Source: Chara braunii
Lineage: Eukaryota; Plantae; Charophyceae
Assembly (NCBI GenBank): GCA_003427395.1
Contig: BFEA01000031.1
Span: 2,243,049 to 2,307,048, forward strand
Direction of reading: 5' to 3'
DNA: 64,000 bases
The position numbers were made by a program, and so were the translations under genes. Each line of letters begins with the position of its first letter. Within the stretch, counting starts at the first letter, position 1. Shown here in pieces: positions 37,660 through 50,619 of this stretch. The notes under the pieces are model-generated. The model saw only the letters and a list, made by a program, of their open reading frames with translations, was not told the DNA's origin and searched no databases.

Positions 37660-40600
37660 CTAAGGCCCGCCATCATCACCTGAGTGCACCCATTCTTCGT
37701 GGCTGCTGCTGTGCAGTGAAACACCCCCAGAATTGTCAACGCTGATGATCCCCGCCCTTCTCTTGCACAACTTCGGAGCCTTACTCCGCCATGCTCGGGC
37801 AACCCGGACCTCAGCCTCGGCGGTCTTCACCACTGCTTCTTCCGCTGCTGCCTGCGGATACTTCCGTGGACGCTCTCGTCCCCTCTTCACCGCAGGGGGT
37901 CCCACCTCCTGAGCAACCTCCTTCCGCTTCCTTCCCGCGAGGCTCACATCAAGGTTGTCGTGATGTGTAGCCTCAACCAACGGTGGGAAGGGCGAATACT
38001 CAACGGCAGCCTCAACAGGGGCTGTGTCTGGCTGTTTCTCCCGCTGCTGCAGTTCCTGCTGCTGCTCAGACACCTTGTGCTGCGGTGACATCGCCTTCTT
38101 CTGCATAGGCTGATTATCTGCTTCCTGTTGCTGGGACCCCTCCACGTGCTTCTCCACGTGGTGCTTGTGCCGCTTTTGGTGCTGCTGGCCGTCGTGCGGT
38201 TGCTGCTGCCGATCGGCTTCTTGTTGCATCCCGCAATCTGGCTGTTGCAGCCCATTCTCTAGCTGCTGCAAGTCCTGCTGCTAGTGCTGATTCTCCAATG
38301 GTTGGGACTCCTCATGCTGCTGCATCACAACACTGTCCTTTTCTTGCAGTCCCTCTCCCGCGTTCCCTAGCTCTCCCCCTTCTCCCAATGCTCCCGCTGC
38401 AGCTGTGGACACCGTCTTCTTCCTCCCAGCAGCAGGAACTGCCACACGCTTCGCAGCCTGTTGCTGCATCCGCTGCTCGACGAGAGGCTGCTCCCTGCGG
38501 GCCAAGGTATGCGCCTCTGTTCTAGCACGCTCGTCCTCGCTGTCAACATTTACGAAGGCGGGCCTCATTGTCTTCAAGAACTTTGCGTCATCGTCGGAGT
38601 GCGCCGCATCCGCCCTCCATGTGAGATCCGCGTCAACGTTGTCGTCGTCCTTGTTGTCTGACTCATCACTCTCTCGAGACGGACGCAGGCCAAACTCCAC
38701 CCTCTCATCCTGTTCCTCGTCCTCCCCCTCCTCCTCCTCTTCCCCCTCCTCCTCCTCCTCCCCGTCCGCCTCATCCCCTTCTTCATAACCGGGCTCGCCA
38801 TCATCGTCAAGCAGTTGCATCTCCTTGAGGTCCTCAAGCTGCTGCTGCTCTTGTGTCTTTTGTCCCTTTCCCCTCCCGATAAGGTCCTCCCCATTGTCAC
38901 TGCCGTCAGAGGAGCTCGAGTCATCCACCCCCTTCATCCTTGGGACCCTCCCTTTTGGCGCCTTCCTCGGGCGAATCATCCATGCCGCCTCATCATCGGA
39001 AGGGTAAACGCTTGCTGTCGTGGCACGGAGAACAGCGGGGTCATCGGGCGATGGAGCTTCCGCCTCATCGAAGCAGCTGGCCCACAAGTGAATGTAACCC
39101 CCCCTCTTTGTCCTCTTCACCTTTTGTAGTTGTCTGTTCCAATGAACGTAGATGAGCTTCTCAACGGTCCCGCTGCCTAACGTGTTTCTCCGCTTGCTGT
39201 GCACCAGATCCAATAACGGCCAATTCCTCTCGCATGGGGTGGTCGTGCTCCATATGGCAGTGACCCTCGCCGCAATCTCCTGCAATTTCTTGTGGCTTTT
39301 GCCATTAGTGCTCCACCATTGAGATGCGGTCATCTGCAAAAGGCCGCTGTCAAACTTGGCAAACCTTGTCCAAAAGGTGTCCTCCTCATCCTCTTTCTTT
39401 GGAGGCTCTTCACCCTTCTTTCAGGCCGCTTCCCTCTTCTTCTTTGCCTCCTCCGCCCGCTTGTGCTTCATTTCCTCTGTGGGCTCCCTATGGATGGCCT
39501 GCAGATCTGCCCACAGGTCGAGGTGCTCTTTGCACCCCCATGTGGAACCCTCCGGGCACTGAGACAGCAAGAACTTCATTGCGTTCTGCACAAGCGGACT
39601 GTTGATGTCATTTGGCCACCCCTCGTTTCTCTTCTTCGGATTGAGGAGGAAGTTAGCAGCATGCACTGGCTGCCTCATCATTTTGCACCGGGTAGTGATC
39701 TTAGTATTGACGACCTTCTGTTGCGCTGTTGTCAGTCCGTTGATGATCTGCACACGCTTCATGAGGCCTTCAACAAAGTTCCAGAGCTGATGTGGGGCCG
39801 TGCAATTGCTGTCCATCTTTCGAAGCACTTTCACAACCCTCTCCAACAGCTGCCACCATTTCGTGGACCGCACGGTGACATACGTGGCTTCGGATTTATC
39901 TCTGTCCTTTGCTCCACTCCACCTGATGTCCTTCCAACCCTCCTCCATCATCTCCTCCAATACCTTCCTCCTATCCTTCAACCGCTCGAGCATCATGAAC
40001 TTGGATGCGAACCGCACCTCTGTGGGGAGAATCAACGACCTCTCCCTTACCAAGTCTGAACGCTTGTTGTAGAGGGACACTGTTCGGTGGTGGTTCTTAA
40101 TGAACTTCACCATCATCTTCGCCCTCTGCGCCACTTCCTGCACCCAGTCCACTCCACTGATGTCCTTCAGCAGCAGGTTGAGGCAGTGTGCTGCACAAGG
40201 GACCTAAGGAATGCGGGCAATTCGAATATCTGTTCGCCCCGTGCAACTTGCTTGTTGACCTCTGCGTTATTCGTGCAGATTGCATTGATTCTTTGAACCC
40301 GATCTCCCTGATGACCCCCTCCCAGATCCTCTCAAGATCAACTGCAATCTTTTTCCTCGTCGACATTTCCACCACCTTCAACAACACAGCCTCGCCCTCG
40401 CCTGCGGCTAGGAAGTTCATTACTGGCCTGAACCTGCGATCGGTGCACCCATCTGTGATGAGGGTACATCACATCCAGTGCTGTCCCACTTCTCCATCAA
40501 TGGACGAACCTCCTCCTTCACCTTTTCATATACGATGTCCAGTGCCACCGTCCGGATAATCTCCAAGGAAGGCATGTTCACCCTCTGTTTCTTCTCGCCC

Positions 40601-41313
40601 AACTCCAAATATAGCCCATGAAGCTCCTAGGTCTTCTCCCCCCTCGCATGATTGAACGGCGCCCCGTGCTCACATAGATGCTCAACCCAAGTAACATCCA
40701 ACCTCCGCTGAGAATTATTCCTAGTCCAACACTTGATGGATTGCTGTTTGAGCTTCCCGTTCTTCGTTTCAGTCGCTGGCTCGTGGAAGCCTCGGCAGCG
40801 ACCACCTCCTCAACCTCGCCATCGTCTTGAGGAGTTTCAAGGCCCTCTCACCCTGGTGCTGTTAGCGGCTGCATGAACTCCTCCAACATGTTTGCATCCC
40901 CGTCCTTCTCTTGCTCTGTCGGGGCTATAGGACCATTGTCTGATATGTTGTTCTCCCTGCGGTACATCCTTCGGGCACTCCACCTTCGCCCCAGACCGGG
41001 AGAGGATGTGAAGAATTTCCGCAGTCCTGTTAGAGCAAGGGTTCCCTTTTCGCGTGGAGTGCTCAACCACGCGGGTGTACGACGTTTGGAACTCTCTCCC
41101 ACACAGTTTGCAAATGCACCAGTACTTGCCCCTTCCCTTGGGATCTGACTCTTGACATTGTGTGACCCACTTGTACCCGATCTTCGTCAGCTGAAGTTCA
41201 AGCTGCCTGCTCTCCGGTTGCCGTACCAGAGCTGGTCTCGGGTGCTGCCCTTTCATCGACACCTTCGCCTTCCCCTTGGACTTCGACGCCGCCGCAGAGC
41301 TTGTGGAAGCCCT
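37660..41313 (-). pseudogene. hAT transposase pseudogene (BED zinc finger, DUF659-type core, hAT C-terminal dimerisation domain)
   Basis: CICKLCGREF..RVVEH..C (BED); ITDG(C)TD..PVMNFLAAG; VPCAAHCLNLLLKDI; LILPTEVRFAS; PVHAANFLLNP; QWW..LQEIAARV..PCERNW..VHSKRRNTL. Broken by frameshifts and stops; the likely start ATG reads AGG. Confidence 0.93.
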
Positions 41314-41329
41314 CCCAACGAAGAAGACG

Positions 41330-44320
41330 ATAGACGGGAAGAAGAAGAAGAAGAAGAAGAAGAAGAAGAAGAAGAAGAAGAAGAAGAAGAAGCGGATGGG
41401 AAGATGGGAGTAGGAAGAAGAAGAAGAAGAAGAAGAAGAAGAAGAAGAAGGGAAGATGGGAAGATAAAAGTACGAGGAAGAAGAAGAAGAAGAAGAAGAA
41501 GAAGACGCAGACAGGAAGATGGGAGTAGGAAGACGAAGAAGAAGAAGCAGAAGAAGAAGAAGAAGATGGGAAGATGGGAGTAGGAAAAAGAAGAAGAAGA
41601 AGAAGAAGGAGGGAAGATTGGAAGATGGAAGTACGAGGAAGAAGAAGAAGAAGAAAAAGAGGAAGAAGAAGGGAAGATGGGAAGATGGAAGTACGAGGAA
41701 GAAGAAGAAGAAGAAGAAGAAGAAGAAGAAGAAGAAGAAGAAGAAGAAGAAGAAGCAGACAGGAAGATGGGAGTAGGAAGACGAAGAAGAAGAAGAAGAA
41801 GAAGAAGAAGNNNNNNNNNNNNNNNNNNNNNNNNNNNNNNNNNNNNNNNNNNNNNNNNNNNNNNNGAGAAGATGGGAGTAGGAAGAAGAAGAAGAAGAAG
41901 AAGAAGAAGAAGAAGAAGAAGCAGATGGGAAGTGGTGGCGGGAGAGGTGTTGACGATGTGGGAAGGGAGGAAGGAGGTGGTGGCATGGAGGTTGGAGATG
42001 ATGAAAGGAGCTTAGAGGCGGCAGGCAGAGAGGTAGGAGATGGCGAGGGGGGGGTGGGAGATGGAGAGAGGGAGGTGGCGGATGGCGGGAGGAGAGGTAG
42101 GAGGTGGCGGATGGCGGGAGGAGAGGTAGGAGGTGGCTGGGGGGAGGCTCGAGATGGAGGACGTCAGGTGGGAGATGGCGAAAGGGAGGTGGGAAGTTCC
42201 AAGCGGGGAGGTGAGAGATGGCGAGAGGGAGGTGGAAGGTGGGAGATGGCGGGCGGGAGGTTGGAGATGGCGAAAGGGAGGTGGTAGGTTGCGTGCTGGG
42301 AGGTGGGAGATGGTCGGATTGAGGTGGGAGGTGGCGGGAGTGAAGTGCGAGATGTGAGAGATGGCGGGAGGGACGGTCGGATTGAGGTGGGAGGCGGAGG
42401 ATGGTGGGAGGGATGTGGGAGATGGCTGGAGGGGAAGAAGAAGCTGGCGGAAGAGAAAGTGGGAGGTACCGGGAGATGGCGGGTGGAGAGGTAGGAGATG
42501 GTGGGAGGAGAGGTAGGAGGTGGCTGGAAGGAGGCGAAGGACAACAAGAAGAGGTAGGAGATGGCGGGAGGTAGCGGGAGATGGCAGGAGGGAGGAAGAA
42601 GATGGCGGTAGAAGACGACCAAAGTGGCGGGAAGGAGGCGGAGGATGGTGGGATGAACGTGGGAGATGGCTGGAGGGGAAGTGCAAGGTGGCAGGAGGGA
42701 AAGTGGGAGGTAGCGGAAGATGGTGGGAGGTAGAGGGAGATGGCGGGTGGAGAGGTATGAGACGGCAGGTGGAGAGGTACGTGACGGCGGAGGATGGTAG
42801 GAGGGACGTGGGAGATGCCGGGAGGGGAAGAAGAAAGTGGCGGGAGGGGAAGTGGGAGGTAGCGGGAAATGGTGGGACAGACGTGGGAGATGGCGGGAGG
42901 GGAAGTGCAAGGTGGCAGGAAGGAAAATGGGAGGTAGCGGGAGATGTCGGGTGGAGAGGTACGAGACGGCGGAGGATGGTGGGAGGTAGCAGGAGATGGC
43001 AGGAGGGAGGAAGAAGGTGGCGGGAGGGGAAGTGGGAGGTAACAAAAAATGGTGGGACAGACGTGGGAGATGGCGGGAGGGGAAGTGCAAGGTGGNAGGA
43101 GGGAGGAAGAAGGTGGCGGGAGGGGAAGTGGGAGGTAACAAAAAATGGTGGGACAGACGTGGGAGATGGCGGGAGGGGAAGTGCAAGGTGGTAGGAGGGA
43201 AAGTGGGAGGTAGCGGGAGATGGCAGGTGGAGAGGTACGGGGCGGTAGATGGAGAGGTAGGTAGCAGGAGATCGCAGGTGGAGAGGACAGAGACGGCGGA
43301 GGATGGTGGGAGGGACGTGGGAGATGGCGGGAGGGGAAGTGGGAAGTAGCCGGAAATGGTGGGACGGATGTGGGAGATGGCTGGAGGGGAAGTGCAAGGT
43401 GGCAGGAGGGAAAGTGGGAGGTAGCGGGAGATGGTGGGAGGTAGCGGGTGATGGCGGGTGGAGAGGTACGAGACGACGGAGGATGGTGGGAGGGACGTGG
43501 GAGATGGCGGGAGGGGAAGAAGAAGGTGGCGGGAGGGGAAGTGGGAGGTAGTCGGAAATGGTGGGACGGATGTGGGAGATGGCGGGAGGGGAAGTGCAAG
43601 GTGGCGGGAGGGAAAGTGGGAGGTAGCGGGAGATGGTGGGAGGTAGCGGGAGATGGCGGGTGGAGAGGTAGGAGACAACGGAGGATGGTGGGAAGGACGT
43701 GGGAGATGGCGGGAGGGGAAGAAGAAGGTGGCGGGAGGGGAAGAAGAAGGTGGCGGGGGGGAAGGTGGCAGGAGGGAGGAAAAAGATGGCGGAAGAAGAG
43801 GACTAGAGTGGCGGAAGGGAGGCGGAGGATGGCGGGAGGGACGTGGGAGATGGCGGGAGGCGAAGTGGGAGGTAGCGGGAGATGGCGGGTGGAGAGGTAG
43901 GAAACGGCGGAGGATGGTGGGAGGGACGTGGGAGATGGCGGGAGGGGAAGAAAAAGCTGGCGGGAGGGGAAGTGGGAGGTAGCGGGAAGTGGCGGGGGGA
44001 GAGGTAGGAGGTGGTGGGAACGAGGCGGAGGATGGCGGGAGAAGAGGTAGGAGATGGCGGGAGGGAGTCGGAGGACGGCAGGAGGGAGGAAAAAGATGGC
44101 GGAAGAAGAGGACTATAGTGGCGGAAGGGACGCGGAGGATGGTGGGAGGGACGTGGGAGATGGCGGGAGGCGAAGTGGGAGGTAGTGGGAACTAGGTGGG
44201 AGACGGCGAGGTGGATGTGGTAAATGGTGGGAGTGGAAGTGGGAGGTGGCGGGAGGTAGCTAGGAGGGAGGTGGGAGGGGCGAAGGAGATGGCGGGGGGG
44301 GGGGGAGGAGGGAGGGACGA
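41330..44320. repeat. (GAA)n microsatellites and G-rich minisatellite (GGGAGATGGCGGGAGG family)
   Basis: Dozens of nested imperfect units; this explains the long P/S/H-rich antisense ORFs. Confidence 0.92.
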
Positions 44321-44323
44321 GGG

Positions 44324-44361
44324 CTGTCTCTTATACACATCTAGATGTGTATAAGAGACAG
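44324..44361. other. Nextera mate-pair junction adapter (assembly artefact)
   Basis: Exact 38-nt junction. The following 44384-44478 matches 17967-18061 apart from a 1-nt indel, then an N. Confidence 0.98.
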
Positions 44362-46004
44362 GATCGAGAGAAGGTTAACCGACTCTCAACAGATCACCCT
44401 CATTTATAAGAAAACCGAAGGGTCATTTTAACCATACTTTACACCAATCTGTAGAGTGCACTTCTTACTAACATATTGNGGGGAAGAAGAAGGTAGACGA
44501 CGAGGGAGGAGAAAAACAAGAAGACAATGAAGCATAAAAGCAAAGAAAAAAGGAGGAGGAGGAGGGGGAGGAGGAGGAGGATGACCAATGGGTGGAGAAG
44601 TTGAACGAAGAGCGTGGGAAGAGGAGGACGACGAGGAGCACGGGGAGAAGTTGAACAACGAAGAAGGAGGAGGAGGAGGAGGAGGAGGAGGAGGAGAAGA
44701 AGAAGAAGAAGAAGAAGAAGAAGAAGAAGAAGAAGAAGAAGACCCCCACTTACCTTCCTCTTCGTGGGAGCAGCGACAACCTTGGGGAGCGACGAAGGAG
44801 GGCAGGCGCGCCGAAGATGCGACGGGGAGCAGTGAAGGCCGTGGGAGGTGGGCGATGGTGCGATCTGGCCAACGACGGCGATGACGACGAAATGGCGGGC
44901 GGAGCGGCNACGCGGGGGAACCCCCGTCCTCAGGCCCGCGTAGTTCGAAAATTCGAACTCGGATTCGAATCCTGCAAAAATGCGCGGGTCGACGAATCTC
45001 CGCCATTGATGTTCAAAGATCCACGATGGAGATCACGAGTCCAAGACCGAATTTTTCAAACCCCCCCGCGCGTCGGAAAAAAAATCGACCTGTGGGGGGG
45101 CCTTAAAAAATGCATGTACTGCCAAAAGCGGGCGTGGCGTCCCGAAATTGCCCCTCAGGCACACTTCGCTGGGGCCGCACGGGGCCCGTACGGGGGACCC
45201 GCACGGCCGTGCGGCCGTGAAAGGATCCGTGCAAGACGGGGACACTCGTGAGCACAGAAATGAAGCCTAGCCCTTCAGACAATATTTTTACCGGACGCAT
45301 GATGTATGTCGACAGAGTTGCTATGGTCAAGTAGGCCTCACACTTCAGTTTGGGCAGGCCAGGGGTGATGTTTTTTTGAGGTTCGACAAGGTAGGTTCTG
45401 TGGTGCCGGTGGTTTAAGCCCAGGGGTCTCTTTGAACCAGCAGATTTTTAAGTGTCAAAAAATGTTAGAAACGAAAAAGAAAAGAAAGAAGCTCTGTTGT
45501 GCGCTGAAGGGTCTTCGCAGGAGTTGGAATCTGGAAGGAACGAGATGAATACAATAGGTAAGGGGGTCTCTCTTTTTTTTTTTTTCAGAAAAAGAAAGGG
45601 GCTCCCCCAAAATGTGTCGTTTGTACATTCTGATCATGGAGCATTGCAGTTGAGATGCACTCATTTAACTGCAAGGGGTGCAACGGGTGCAATGTGTGCA
45701 CAGTAAGGCACCGTTGGCGGTTCGGAAAAGCTTGGCGCACAGTAAGGCGCCGCAGACCCGGGTGTACTTACTGGTGGTTTAAGAAGTCTGTGAACAGGAA
45801 AATTCACATGGTTTTTAACTAATGCACCACCTGCCACCCACCTCACTCCTTGCTTTCCCTGGCTGGAGCTGAAGCAGGTAAAGGTGCAAACACAGTGTTT
45901 CCCACCTCACCGCTCACTTCGCTGGCCGGAGTTGAAGCAGGCAAAGGTACATACACAAGTGTGCTTCATTGTCTGCAAGAGAGGTAAAGCTGCTTTGATT
46001 TTTG

Positions 46005-46425
46005 ATCTACTCGTCCGGGTGGAACCGGGGCTGTTGGGTGAAAGTCTGTGCTTCGCACCATAACGCGACCTCTTGGAAGAATTTGGATTTTAACGTGCTG
46101 GTGTTTTTTAACTGTAGGAATACTACTGGGAAGTTGGTGGGCTTATCATGAGCTAGGTTGCGGCGGTTGGTGGTTTTGGGATCCCGTAGAAAATGCATCT
46201 TTGATGACTTGGGTATTAGCTACAGCTTGTTTTCATTCGGTCATTTCATTTCGGTTGAATTCTTGGACCTTCTTTCTAAACATTGTTACTTTTTTATTCA
46301 GTGTTTTAGCCTTTTAGGTACTTTTTTTGTTTGTTCGGGATGACTTGCATCTGTTCATAGCTTCGCCACAGATTCGCAATGAGGAATAGCTTTGCCACAG
46401 ATTTGCAACGAGGAATCTTTTTATT
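46005..46425 (+). pseudogene. ccmFN: Mitochondrial cytochrome c biogenesis ccmFN fragment (NUMT)
   Basis: [42 protein letters not shown]..; after a frameshift GTFFVCSG*LASVHSFATD, with a short terminal duplication. The core is clear from 46081; the 5' limit is approximate. Confidence 0.95.
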
Positions 46426-46446
46426 AAATTACACTAGTGCAAGCTC

Positions 46447-46475
46447 CTGATGAGTTGGGCAAAGTCTGACAAAAT
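46447..46475 (+). ncRNA. Degenerate hammerhead ribozyme remnant
   Basis: CTGATGAGTTGGGCAAAGTCTGACAAAAT vs CTGATGAGTCGGTGAAAGTCCGACGAAAC at 27396; stem II and GAA changes are CpG transitions. Confidence 0.6.
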
Positions 46476-46716
46476 GGTGGAAGTCTGACAAAAAAGTCTG
46501 ACAAAATGCTCTGGCAGGGGCCTTTTTCGTAGAATTGTGTGCATGCGGGGTGCTGGTGGTATAAATCTCCCAAAGTATGATGATCTGGAAGAGCTTCCAC
46601 AATGCTATGCAGCAGTGGATGGTAAAAGTAACAGGAGTGCAAAGATAGTGAACATTGGTAGGGATTTTATACTGTTCCTGTCGTGCTAACCTTGGACAGT
46701 GCTCTGTATTGTGCAG

Positions 46717-47708
46717 CACTGGATGATGAAGCAGTGCATGCTCGCCGAGAAGCATGGCGGGAGCGTCAGCGAAGGTGTCGAGCACGGCGGCGCGAACAAG
46801 GGAACCAACTGCATGATGCCGAGGTGCGGCAGAAAGGCCAGCGACAAAGGCGGAAATCATCAGCAAGTGAAGTTGATGCTGCGGGGGAGCTGTCGCCTCG
46901 CCGGGTGCGGAAACACAGTAGAGGTGCGAGTTGGAATGGAGCTTTACATTCTGGAAAGGGGCATGTTGAAGCGAATGGAAAGCCAAGTTTTGAGGCTCGT
47001 GTTGAAAACTTGCAAGCAGAGGTGTTGGTGAGCTTAGCCAGTGATACCAGCATGCCATTACGAATAGAGTTCCCAGGCAAGGCAGACTGTGCTGAGGCTG
47101 TTGTTGATAGAAAATGTTATGTAGCATTAGCAGGACCTGCGGAATGCTCAGTAGGTGTAGAAATGGTGGAGTTGGCACCATCAAGGGATTTGGCAGTGAC
47201 GAGAGAGGTGACCATATCTCGGGAGTTCGTCCCATGTGCAGATTTTTCAACTCAAGAGGCAGCAGCTAAAGAGTCGGCAGCAGCTAGGGATTCAGCAGCC
47301 AGGGAGTTGGCAGCTACAGAGAACCCCGCAAGAGAGTCGGAAACCAGGGAAATCCCATCTAGGGATTCTGCAGCCGTGGAGCTGTCGGGGATTGAGTCCG
47401 AAGTCGTGGAGCTGGCAGTGAGGGACTGTGGAGAGAGGGATTCAGCAGCAAGAGAATCAGATGCTAGGGAGTCGGAAGCTAGGGAGTTGGTGGCTAGGGA
47501 GTTGGCTGCAAGAGTGTTGGCAGCTAGGGAGGAAGAGGCATCAGTGCACGCTCGGCGTGAAGCATGGCGGGAGAGACAGCGGAAGTGCCGTGCACGGCGG
47601 CGTGAGCAAGCAGAACGTGCCGAATTTGAAATGAGGCGGAAGGCTCTCCAGCAGCAGCAGCACTGGCAGGGTGTAGCAAGCACCGCCAACGGCAGAGCTC
47701 ATTCATGA
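46717..47708 (+). CDS. Probable terminal exon of an unknown protein with duplicated basic helix and ARE(S/L) repeats
   Basis: About 1 kb open frame. CTAAC at 46686-46690 and CAG acceptors ending at 46699 and 46716. VHARREAWRERQR(R/K)CRARRREQ occurs twice. No ATG at the frame start. Confidence 0.6.
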
Positions 47709-50619
47709 TTGAGTTGTCGTGGTTGCCATGCACCCGGGAAACCCGAGTGGGCGTAATGTGGAGCATTTGACTGCATGCAAGTGTACAGAGCTTGATGTTG
47801 AGGCAGAACTTGTGAAAATGCAGGCGTGAATCAAATCAACCCCCATACATCCGACCGGTGAGAGTTTTGCGGACAACTTCCTGACTGGAGTGATCAGACC
47901 TGTTAGATTCCATAGATCGGAGGAGCAGGTGAGCGCAGAGAGCAGGTATCAACTTGGCAGAGGCTGTGACTGGATCTAGCCACTAATGCAGACGAAATGG
48001 CTCGAAAACCCAGTTTCCCCCGAAGTCCAACCTGAGAGCTTCTCTCTCCAACCCAAGGCGACAACCCAGGAGGCCACACTCCGGCATCAAGAAGAGGTGA
48101 AAGGTAAGATGTCTTTCCTTTTATCTGCATTCGATAGGTTCTCAAGTCGGAAATTAAGCAGAGGGAAAAGCATAAAATATGACAGAAATTGATGTGAGTA
48201 GGATGAAGTATCATGCGCACAGCACTGCACACAGTCCAAAAGATCCTTAAAAGACGTACGCATGCAAATTGCTTCCAAAGAGGCTATTTGATGGAAAAGC
48301 TATTTTTCCATGCAACAGAGTGTAAAGTTTCGCCTTTCTGATTGAAAACCATGTTGTAAAGTTCTTTTTTTTTCCTTTTTCAATAGAAAAAGCTTCTATG
48401 CACATTTCATTCCCTTTTCTTTATGCTCTGGAGGAGGTACCTCACACTGTACCTCACACTGCAGAGTTCCCTTCGCAGGTATGCTGTAAACAAGGCTGGA
48501 TTCGAAGTCGCAAAAATGGCAAACCATACGAAAGACATTTAGGAGAGCAAGTCAGCCCGCCGCAGCCAAGCCCGTGGCACTCGTCTTCATGACCCCTGGC
48601 TTCCAGCACGTGTCACAGACGGGATAGGAAGCACAATCATCTTCTCTCTCAAACGACACACGAATGGCACATCCTCTCACTCCTCATGTCGCCTTGTCCA
48701 CCCGTCCTCCTCCCTGGCATCCCTTGCTCCACCCCACCTCCTCGCCCAGTTTCTCCTCATTAGTCATCTCATTGTTTTTCCCCTCCTCTTGCTTCTCTTC
48801 CACCACCACGTGCTTCTCCCCCTCTTGCACGTCGTCCTCCACCTCCGGCTCGTCATTCTCTCCTGTTCACCGTCCTCGTCCTCCCGCTCGTCGTCCTCCA
48901 TCCTTGTAATCACTCTTCCTCCTTCAGCCGCTCCTTCCATTCATTTTCCTCCTGCTCCACCAATCTGTCATAGTCCTAGTCTCTGCGCAAGGAATGGGGG
49001 AAAGAAACAAGAAGTTCGATCAGTCGCATCTGGTGCATAAAACCGCTCAGATACGTGATGAACATTGAGTGGTCCCTTCCCCTTGTTCTCCTCCCCCCCC
49101 TTTTCCTTCCGAATCACCCCGTGCTCCTCCTCCTCCTCCTCCCTCCTCGCCCCAAGACATCGCGGACCGCTCCTCTGCACGGCACCTCTGCATGCATTGG
49201 GATGCTTTACAGAGCTGATACACCCAGAATATTGGACCCATCGGAATGCACCGATGCAGAAAGCGTCCAAATGTATGTAGCGTTATGTAGTGGAGGGAGG
49301 CTGATGCACCAGCCGGTTTTGAGCTTTGAACGAGCACGATTAGTGCGCTTGACAAGCAGGGAAACGACAAAAGGGAAAGAAATAGTGTTGGAGAAATGGA
49401 ATCTCAGATCAGAAAAGGACAAAATGAAACCAACCCGAGCAAATGACAAAAAACAGAAGCACCCCGAGACATGCTCCTCAGCTGGATTGGAGCTTGTGAT
49501 CTGCCTACTAACTGATGTGCTGTGTACGTGTATTAGAACATCTGTCCCCGTCAGCCACAGCATTCGGTGGCCTGCTCAAATGCCCTGGCGGAAAAAAATA
49601 AACAAACAAAAATGGGAACTCTCCGTCGTGGCCCTTGGTCTCATGGCAGCCTGGGTGTAGTATGGGGCTGTTACATGAGACCTGGGTTCGCTTTTATAAA
49701 CAGTTTAGATATCGATCGAGAAAAAGAGGAGGAGAAGTTAGGAAGGCGGAAGAAGGAAAATGGGGTTAAAAGAAGATTACCAAGAGACCTTTCACAGGCA
49801 AACTTTTGCGAGGAAGTTGTCTGCTTCTGAAGTCTTTTGGGGCTTGGCCTCCCTTCCCTCTTTGGCTGGCGACTTGAGCTAAAAAAGAAAAAAAAGAGCG
49901 AGCGCTGTGCGGGCTCATTTTGAACTTGGCTGGCCATGATAAAAAGAGGCTTGGAGGTATTGGTGGTCTAAATGGAGACAATGATGTAATAATGAACAAC
50001 AGGCAAGAGTTTTCACCCAGCGTCAGACAGCGAGATGCAGTGAAAATTGCTCGTTTTTTTTAGTTACAAACCGCAAACGCAGAAGCGGTGGATTTCACCC
50101 AGCACAGAGACAGGCTTACTTTTGAAGAACTATCGAGGAAGATTTTTTCAGGTATTGCTGTGTGGGTTTCTGCTACTTGAAGGCAGCAGGACTCTCCTCT
50201 CTACAGCCTGACAGCCTGTTATGTGCTCTTGAGCCATCTAACAACCGACTCTTGGATGTCCAGGTGCATGTATGCATACAGCAATTTGTTCACTCCAGAT
50301 GCATATATGCAGACAACAATAGAGAATATCTAGCAACCGGCATGGCATCCTGCGGGCCTCATCAGTGCAGGCCAATGGCCAACGTTCTGGATCTCATGTA
50401 GGGTTCTTGCACCCGGCAGTGCAGCCAGAGCGGCAAATGATGAAGGGGCTACACTCTGTCTGTCACTCGTTGATCGACACACATCCTTGTTAGCTGTGTC
50501 GTCTTGGCCATGGGCTGCTGAGGAGTTGCGCTGTCTGGCTGAACAAAGAGAGAAAATGTGGCCATTGATAGTAGCTGCTGACAGATTCTGCCAAAGGCAA
50601 ATGACACATGTTACTGGCC

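Larger units (their letters stand above)
36420..45250 (-). mobile_element. Decayed hAT DNA transposon (approximate extent)
   Basis: Transposase plus GC-rich subterminal CCGTGC/GCACGG motifs ending ..GCAAGACGGGGACACTCGTG at 45250. The left TIR and TSD were not found. Confidence 0.55.

Noticed and set aside
40837-43678. 920/504/461-aa P/S/H-rich ORFs
   Set aside because: These are products of a stop-free minisatellite strand; only the last ~150 aa (BED finger) are real transposase.
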